DNA of 64,000 nt. It comes from Alphaproteobacteria bacterium. GTDB lineage: Bacteria > Pseudomonadota > Alphaproteobacteria > UBA828. The notes beneath the pieces are model-generated. The model did not search any database. It saw nothing but the letters and a program-made list of their open reading frames with translations, and was not told the DNA's origin. The stretch covers positions 448,001 through 512,000 of the forward strand of contig CBDCRW010000004.1 of the NCBI GenBank assembly GCA_965221125.1, written 5' to 3'. A program made the position numbers and the translations under genes. This document shows positions 57,779 to 64,000 of this stretch, in pieces. Numbering within the stretch: the first letter of the stretch is position 1; each line of letters starts with the position of its first letter.

Positions 57779-59773
57779 TTGCCGAAGATCAGCCAGCAGG
57801 ACTACCAGAAGCGGCTCGACCGGCTCACCGAGATCTTTTCGGACATCGTGAGCCACGCCGACGTACAGGCCACGCAACGCTGCCCCTACCGCGATGCGCG
57901 CGACCGCTGCACCGCCGCCTTCTCCTGCGGCAACCAGATCCCTGCCGTGGAAAAGGACGAGCCCGCCACCTGCGGCCACGACGGCACCTTCGACTACAGC
58001 CTGGCGTGGGAGAGCGATCCCGCCACCCGCGATCGCGCGCGCAAGCAGCTCGACCGCGTCAAGCAGGATGCCGCGGCGCGGCGCGAGGGCGGCGCGCTGC
58101 CGGCAGGGCCCGGCACGGTCTCCCACGACGGCAAGACGGAGCCGATCGCCGTCGGCATGACGCTCTTCGACTGCGCCGACGAGCTTGCCGTCGAAGTGCC
58201 GACCTCGTGCCTCCGCAACGGTCGCTGCCACGAGTGCGTGGTCGAGGTGAGCGCGGGCGACGACGCGCTCTGCGCGCGCACGGAGGCCGAGGGCTTCCTG
58301 CGGCCTCCCTACCGCCTCGCCTGCCAGGCGCTGGTCGAGCGCGACGACATCGACGTGGCCTTCGCGCCGCTCCGCCGCCGCCCGCGCATCCTGGTGCGCG
58401 CCCGTGCAGATGCGGCGGCCCTGCCCGAAACCCTCGACCCCCTCGTCACCCGGCGGGGCGACGATGTGCTCTACGACGGCGCGGTGGTGGACCGCTACCG
58501 CGGGCGCATGCTGGGGCTCGCGGTCGACCTCGGCACCACGACGGTGGTGCTCGACTTCGTCGATCTGGAGACGGGAAAGAGCGTGCACAGCGCCGCCTTC
58601 GAGAACCCGCAGGCCTTCGGCGGCAGCGACGTGATGCACCGCATCTCCTACGACCGCGACGACAAGGCCGGCGAGCTGCAGAAGGCCGCAGCGTCGGCCA
58701 TCAGCCGCGTCGTGGTGGACGGTTGCGCCCGGCTCGGGCTCGGCCGTGAGACGATCTACGAGATCGTGGTGGCGGCCAATCCCACCATGCGCGACATCCT
58801 GTTCAAGCTCGACGTGCAGGGCATCGGCCAGAAGCCCTACAAGTCGTCGGTCGAGCACGCCTTCCTCGCGGGCGAGCGGGCGAACACGGCGCTCTGCGCG
58901 CTGGCCCGGCGCCTCGGCCTGCGCGCGAACCGGGAGGCGCGGGTCTATGGCTTGCCGCTGATCGCGAGCCACGTGGGCGGCGATGCCGCCGCCGCCCTGG
59001 TGGCACTGGAACAGGGGTTCGCGGACGCGGAGACCGTGATGCTCGTGGACATGGGCACCAACACCGAGGTCGTGCTGAAGCACCGGGGACGGATGCTATC
59101 TGCCTCCTGCCCGGCGGGGCCTGCGTTCGAGGGCGGGCTGGTGCGCTACGGCATGCCGGCCTGCGACGGCGCCATCGAGACGGTGCGGCTCGGGGCGGAC
59201 GGCGCGGCCGCCTGGGAGACCATCGGCGGTGGGGAGCCCACGGGCCTCTGCGGCTCCGGCCTGATCGACCTGGTGGCGGAGCTCCGGCGAGGCGACGTGC
59301 TCACCGCCAAGGGCGTCTTCACCGCCGACCGCAAGCAGAAGGAGACGACCGTGGTGCCCGAGCACGGCATCACCTTCTCCAGGGAGGACGCCAGCAACCT
59401 GGGCCAGGCCAAGGCCGCCAACTACTGCGGGCAATACATCGTCATGCGCGCGCTCGGCGTCGATCCGGCCGCCATCGAGCGGCTCTATCTCGCGGGCGGC
59501 TTTGCCAACTACGTGAACGTGCAGAACGCCCAGTCCATCGGCCTGCTGGCGCCGGTGCCGGAGAAGCGCGTGGTCAAGGCCGGCAACGCGGCGGCGCGGG
59601 GCGCGAGGGCGATTCTGCTCTCGGGCAGCCGGCGCCGTGCGCTGGAACGCGAAGTCCAGGCCATCGAGCATATCGAGCTCGAGACCACGCCGGATTTCTT
59701 CGACCTCTTCGTGGACGGCTGCCAGTTCAAGCCGATGCCCGCGCATCTCGTACCGGAAGGGACCGCCGCATGA
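57779..59773 (+). CDS. ASKHA-type reductive activator of corrinoid enzymes (RACE, DUF4445) with 2Fe-2S domain
   Basis: CLRNGRCHEC...LACQ ferredoxin; VDLGTTT, NPQ.FG.DV..RI, DMGTNTE, AGPAFEG and LAGGF motifs. TTG start. Confidence 0.92.
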   Translation: MPKISQQDYQKRLDRLTEIFSDIVSHADVQATQRCPYRDARDRCTAAFSCGNQIPAVEKDEPATCGHDGTFDYSLAWESDPATRDRARKQLDRVKQDAAARREGGALPAGPGTVSHDGKTEPIAVGMTLFDCADELAVEVPTSCLRNGRCHECVVEVSAGDDALCARTEAEGFLRPPYRLACQALVERDDIDVAFAPLRRRPRILVRARADAAALPETLDPLVTRRGDDVLYDGAVVDRYRGRMLGLAVDLGTTTVVLDFVDLETGKSVHSAAFENPQAFGGSDVMHRISYDRDDKAGELQKAAASAISRVVVDGCARLGLGRETIYEIVVAANPTMRDILFKLDVQGIGQKPYKSSVEHAFLAGERANTALCALARRLGLRANREARVYGLPLIASHVGGDAAAALVALEQGFADAETVMLVDMGTNTEVVLKHRGRMLSASCPAGPAFEGGLVRYGMPACDGAIETVRLGADGAAAWETIGGGEPTGLCGSGLIDLVAELRRGDVLTAKGVFTADRKQKETTVVPEHGITFSREDASNLGQAKAANYCGQYIVMRALGVDPAAIERLYLAGGFANYVNVQNAQSIGLLAPVPEKRVVKAGNAAARGARAILLSGSRRRALEREVQAIEHIELETTPDFFDLFVDGCQFKPMPAHLVPEGTAA

Positions 59774-60801
59774 CCGCCCCGCCAACGCTCATCGTCATCG
59801 GCGAGAACATCCACTGCACCCGCGTGGCACTCCGCAAGGGCAAGCGCATCGCCGAGCGCGACGGGGCCGAGGTCATCCTCTACGAGAGCGCGGATGGCGA
59901 GGCGCGTGCCCTGCCGGTGACGGCGGAAGCCAAGCGGACCAAGGACTACGAGGAAGGCCGCGTCAAGCACGTGCACGTCGCCATCGAGACGGCGATGGAG
60001 ACGGCGGCGGGCGATCCCGCCGAGGGAATGCGCTACATCGAGGCGCTCATCCGCCATCAGGAGCGCGCGGGCGCGGCCTTCCTCGACCTCAACGTCGACG
60101 AGATGTCACCCAAGCTCAGCGTGCAGACCGGCGCCATGGCCTGGCTCGCGGCGACGGTGCAGGACCTGACCGAACTTCCGCTCTCCATCGATTCGTCCAG
60201 CGTCGACGTGATCCGCGCAGGGCTGGAAGCGATCGCGCCGGCCAAGATGCGCCCGATGCTCAACTCCGCCTCGCTGGAGCGGCAGGACGCGCTCGACCTC
60301 GCACGGGAGCACGACTGCCGCGTGGTGGTGACCGCCGCCGGCGAGCGCGGCATGCCGAACGGCGCCGACGAGCGGGTGGCGAATGCGTCCCGCATGGTGG
60401 AAGCAGCGCTCGCCAGGGGCTTCGCGCTGGGCGATCTCTACGTCGACCCGCTGGTCTTCCCTATCTCGGTCGATTCCACCTTCGGCCATCACTGCTTCGA
60501 TGCGATCCGCGCCTTACGGGAGCGTTTCGGCAGCGAGATCCACATCACAGGTGGCATGAGCAACGTCTCCTTCGGGCTGCCGGCGCGGAAGCTTCTGAAT
60601 GAGATGTTCGTGCTGCTGGCGGTGGACGCCGGCGCCGACGGCGGCATCATGGACCCGGTGGCAAGCCCGCCGGAGGCGATCTTCGCCATCGACCGCGCGG
60701 ACCCCAACTACAAGCTCGCCGAGGACGTGCTGCTGGGCCGCGACGAGCACTGCATGGCCTACATCCGCGCCTGGCGGAAGAGCAGGCGCAAGCCCAAGTG
60801 A
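59770..60801 (+). CDS. Pterin-binding methyltransferase (methyl-THF:corrinoid, AcsE/MeTr-like)
   Basis: IGENI, LDLNV, LSIDSS, LNS, YVDPLV and GMSNVSFGLP motifs. Confidence 0.9.
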   Translation: MTAPPTLIVIGENIHCTRVALRKGKRIAERDGAEVILYESADGEARALPVTAEAKRTKDYEEGRVKHVHVAIETAMETAAGDPAEGMRYIEALIRHQERAGAAFLDLNVDEMSPKLSVQTGAMAWLAATVQDLTELPLSIDSSSVDVIRAGLEAIAPAKMRPMLNSASLERQDALDLAREHDCRVVVTAAGERGMPNGADERVANASRMVEAALARGFALGDLYVDPLVFPISVDSTFGHHCFDAIRALRERFGSEIHITGGMSNVSFGLPARKLLNEMFVLLAVDAGADGGIMDPVASPPEAIFAIDRADPNYKLAEDVLLGRDEHCMAYIRAWRKSRRKPK

Positions 60802-60814
60802 AGAAGAGGCCGCC

Positions 60815-61216
60815 ATGACCGAGACCGAACGGCCACCGCAAACCGAGCCTGCGCTCCGCACGCTCGCCATGCCCGCCGACGCCAACCCCAACGGCGACAT
60901 CTTCGGCGGCTGGGTGCTGGCGCAGATGGACCTCGCCGGCGGCGTCGTGGCGGCGCGGCGCGCGCGCGGGCGCCTGGCCACGGTGGCGGTGGAGGCGATG
61001 CGCTTCCACGCGCCGATCGCCGTGGGCGACCTGGTGACCTGCTACGCCGAGATTGCGAAGACCGGGACGACCTCGATCACCGTCTCCATCGAGACCTGGG
61101 CCCGGCGACGCCGCGGCCCCATGGAGGTGAAGGTGACCGAGGGCACCTTCATCTACGTCGCGATCGACGACGCGGGCCGCCCCCGGCCGCTTCCCGAAGA
61201 GCCGGCGGAGGGCTGA
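60815..61216 (+). CDS. Acyl-CoA thioesterase (YciA-like hotdog fold)
   Basis: AMPADANPNGDIFGGWVLAQMD motif. Confidence 0.93.
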   Translation: MTETERPPQTEPALRTLAMPADANPNGDIFGGWVLAQMDLAGGVVAARRARGRLATVAVEAMRFHAPIAVGDLVTCYAEIAKTGTTSITVSIETWARRRRGPMEVKVTEGTFIYVAIDDAGRPRPLPEEPAEG

Positions 61217-61249
61217 CGGCAGGGCAGGTTGCCGCGCCGGTTCGCCCCG

Positions 61250-62674
61250 TCAGGAGGCGGCGCCGAGGGCGTGGTCGTGTTCCGGATCGAGGCCGCGGAT
61301 GATGACGCAGGGCATGGGTGACGCGCGAAGCGCCCGGCATGCCCTGACGGCGTCGCTCTTGTAGAGCCCCAGGAAGCGCGCCCGGTAGAGCGTGCCGGGC
61401 CCCATATCGCTGGGAACGAGAGTCGGTATCGCGTCACCGAGCAGCGGCGCCCGCGTGGACGCCCGGCGCATGGCGATTTCGGCCGCCGTCACCGACTCGT
61501 AGGCGCCGACTTGGATGCCCCAGGGGCGGGCGGTCACCGAATCCGCCCGGAACCCCTTCGGCGACGCCGGAGATTCGGGTGCAGGCGTCAACGCCGCGAC
61601 CGCCGTGGTCTCGGCCCCCGGCTTTGCGGGTGGAATCTCCGGGGGCGGCGGGCCCGCGGCAACTTCCGCCTCCATCGCCTCGACAGTCACGATCGGCTCG
61701 GCCGCAGGCGCGGCAGCTCCTTCGGCCAGCTCAGGCGCTTCGACAGCCGCCACCATGATCGCCGCGGGCTTGAAGCGCGCAGCCGGTGCGGCGAGGCCGG
61801 ACCCGGCGGGCGGGCGGGGAATGCCTGCGTAGCGAACGCGGCCGCGCTTGGCGTCACGCTCGGCGATGCGCGTGAAGCCGAGGTCGAGAAGGGTGGTCAT
61901 ATGCTGATTGCGCGAGCGCGCGGTCTTGCCGCCGAAGACCACCGCGATGACACGCCGGCCGTCGCGTTCCGCCGACGCCACGAGATTGAAGCCGGAGGCC
62001 CGGATGTAGCCGGTCTTGATGCCGTCCATGCCGCGATAGCTGCCGAGCAGCCGGTTCGGCGAGCGATGCGACCGCCCGCTGTAGCGGAAGCGCTGGTCGT
62101 CGAAATAGTGGTAGCGGTGGGGAAAGTCCCGCATGAGCGCGCGCGCGAGAAAAGACATGTCGCGCGCCGTGCTGCGCTGCTTGCGGTTGGGCAGGCCGGA
62201 CGCATTGCGGAACGTGGTTCGGGACATGCCGAGCGCCTGGGCCTTTCTCGTCATCATCCGGGCGAACTCGACCTCGGTTCCGCCCAGCGCCTCGGCGACC
62301 ACGACCGCGATATCGTTGGCCGACTTGACCACCAGCGCCTTGATCGCGTCCTCGACCTCGATCGTGGAGCCCGCAGGAAGGCCCAGCTTCGACGGCGGCT
62401 GGCCGGCGGCCCGCTGCGAGACCTTGAGCTTGGAGGTGAGGTTGAGCCGCCCCTCGTCGATCGCCTCGAAGAGCAGATAGAGAGTCATCATCTTGGTGAG
62501 CGACGCCGGATACCTGCGGATGTCGGCGTTGCGGGAGCGCAGGACCTCGCCGGTTTCGGCGTCGACGACGATGGAGGCGTAACGCGCTTCGGCCCTCTCG
62601 GCGGCGAACACCTGGGACATGACGACGACGCTGAGCGAGAGGACGAGACCGAGAATGATGGAGCCGGGCCGCAT
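61250..62674 (-). CDS. D-alanyl-D-alanine carboxypeptidase (S11) with C-terminal SPOR domain
   Basis: PASLTKMM (SxxK), KSAND (SxN), IKTGY (KTG); WGIQVGAY...YRARF SPOR domain. Confidence 0.93.
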   Translation of the reverse strand: MRPGSIILGLVLSLSVVVMSQVFAAERAEARYASIVVDAETGEVLRSRNADIRRYPASLTKMMTLYLLFEAIDEGRLNLTSKLKVSQRAAGQPPSKLGLPAGSTIEVEDAIKALVVKSANDIAVVVAEALGGTEVEFARMMTRKAQALGMSRTTFRNASGLPNRKQRSTARDMSFLARALMRDFPHRYHYFDDQRFRYSGRSHRSPNRLLGSYRGMDGIKTGYIRASGFNLVASAERDGRRVIAVVFGGKTARSRNQHMTTLLDLGFTRIAERDAKRGRVRYAGIPRPPAGSGLAAPAARFKPAAIMVAAVEAPELAEGAAAPAAEPIVTVEAMEAEVAAGPPPPEIPPAKPGAETTAVAALTPAPESPASPKGFRADSVTARPWGIQVGAYESVTAAEIAMRRASTRAPLLGDAIPTLVPSDMGPGTLYRARFLGLYKSDAVRACRALRASPMPCVIIRGLDPEHDHALGAAS

Positions 62675-62926
62675 GATTCTTCTTCTTTTTTGCCGCGCTT
62701 TCACGTGCGCCCCGCCCCGTCGCCGACTCGAAACGACGCTCCATATGGGTTCAAACGGACATGTTCGTCAAGCACAGCCTGTGAAAAAGGCTCTGGAACT
62801 CGTTGATTCGGCGACATCTCTTGCCGAATGACAAGAGCCTATAGGGCATATCGGCGGACGCCGAGGGCATGGGAAGCGTGGCCGCACCCAGCTCCGTCGC
62901 CCGAGTCGCGCCGGGATCGGCCGCCC

Positions 62927-64000
62927 TCAGAAATCCGGTGGCTCGACCCCGCTTGCCCGCAGTTGCAGCGCGAGATCGTCCTTCAGGCGCCGCAGGGCGG
63001 CTTGGTCGGCGGCCTCGCATCGGGCCACCAGCATGGGCTGGGTGTTGGAGGCGCGCAGCAGCCACCAGCCGTCCGTGCTCTCGGCCCGGACTCCGTCGAT
63101 GCCCGTGAACCTTGCCCCGGCGGCGCTGAGCCGCTCGCGAATCTCGTCGGCCACCCGGAACTTGCGCGCGTCCGGGCAGGGGAAGCGGACTTCTGGGGTG
63201 CTCACCGGGCACGGCAGCTCGGCCCTGAGGGCGGCGAGCGAGCGCCCCTCACCGGCGATCAGCCGCAGCAGGCGGAGGGCAGCGTAGATCGCGTCGTCGA
63301 AGCCGTAGTAGCGGTCGGCGAAGAAGACATGGCCGCTCATCTCGCCGGCGAGCGGTGCGCCGATCTCCGCCATCTTCGCCTTGATCGGCGCGTGGCCTGT
63401 CCGCCACATCAAGGGCCTGCCGCCGAGGCGGGCGATCTCGTCGAACAGGACCCGGCTCGCCTTGACGTCGCCGATGACGGTGGCGCCGGGCCGCTCGCGC
63501 AGCACCTCGCGCGCGAGGAGCGCCACGAGCTGGTCGCCCCAGAGGATCGCGCCCGTCTCGTCCACGACCCCGATGCGGTCGCCGTCGCCATCGAAGGCGA
63601 TGCCGAGATCGCAGCGCTCGGCCCGCACCATGTCGATGAGCTGGGCCAGGTTCTCGGCTACCGTGGGGTCGGGGTGGTGCGCGGGAAAGGTGCCGTCGAC
63701 CTCCGCGTTCAGCAGGATGTGGCGGCCGGAGAGGCCGTCCGTGAGCGCACCGAGCACCGCGCCGGCGGCGCCGTTGCCTGCGTCCCACGCCACCGCAAGC
63801 GGCGTCTTCACCGCCTCGGTGAGAAGGCGCGCGACGTAGGGCGTGGCAAGGTCGGCGTCTGCCACCTTGCCCGTGCTGCCTGCGTGATCGCTGCCGGCGG
63901 CAACGGTTCGTGCCAGCTCCTCGATATCGGGGCCGAAGAACGGGCGCCTGCCCAGCACCATCTTGACGCCGTTGTAGTCCGGCGGATTGTGCGAGCCGGT
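62927..64000 (-). CDS. Phosphomannomutase/phosphoglucomutase (5' end outside the window)
   Basis: TGSHNP active-site serine at the window edge; FDGDGDR, GEMSGH and RASNT motifs. Confidence 0.96.
   Translation of the reverse strand, partial: TGSHNPPDYNGVKMVLGRRPFFGPDIEELARTVAAGSDHAGSTGKVADADLATPYVARLLTEAVKTPLAVAWDAGNGAAGAVLGALTDGLSGRHILLNAEVDGTFPAHHPDPTVAENLAQLIDMVRAERCDLGIAFDGDGDRIGVVDETGAILWGDQLVALLAREVLRERPGATVIGDVKASRVLFDEIARLGGRPLMWRTGHAPIKAKMAEIGAPLAGEMSGHVFFADRYYGFDDAIYAALRLLRLIAGEGRSLAALRAELPCPVSTPEVRFPCPDARKFRVADEIRERLSAAGARFTGIDGVRAESTDGWWLLRASNTQPMLVARCEAADQAALRRLKDDLALQLRASGVEPPDF

Overview
GC-rich bacterial DNA, most likely from an alphaproteobacterium (inferred from the sox, dgcNA, DUF1636 and Tat-SBP gene content). 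The first ~24.7 kb is accessory DNA. It holds an IS110-family (IS1111-like) element with a long structured 3' non-coding region, and a complete type I-E CRISPR-Cas system (cas3-cas8e-cas11-cas7-cas5-cas6e-cas1-cas2 plus 17 identical repeats and 16 spacers). Divergent from cas3 is a giant 1825-aa MOB-F relaxase/helicase with a ~900-aa repetitive C-terminal extension. Further along are decayed regulators, a multi-CxxC zinc-finger repeat protein, a DUF1173/CoiA-like putative nuclease, three tandem ribbon-helix-helix proteins, and an AT-rich region containing an R388-like candidate oriT nick site. Together these suggest a mobilisable, CRISPR-carrying island; no integrase or T4SS lies in the window. 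The rest (~24.8-64 kb) is core metabolism: acyl-CoA enzymes, a soxYZ-soxE-soxF-like cluster, two ABC systems (one binding-protein gene is frameshifted by a 22-bp duplication), tRNA-Arg(ACG), dgcN-dgcA, a VapBC-type TA pair, a five-gene corrinoid methyltransferase cluster, a D,D-carboxypeptidase and a partial phosphomannomutase. All calls come from motif reading by eye; no database searches were run.
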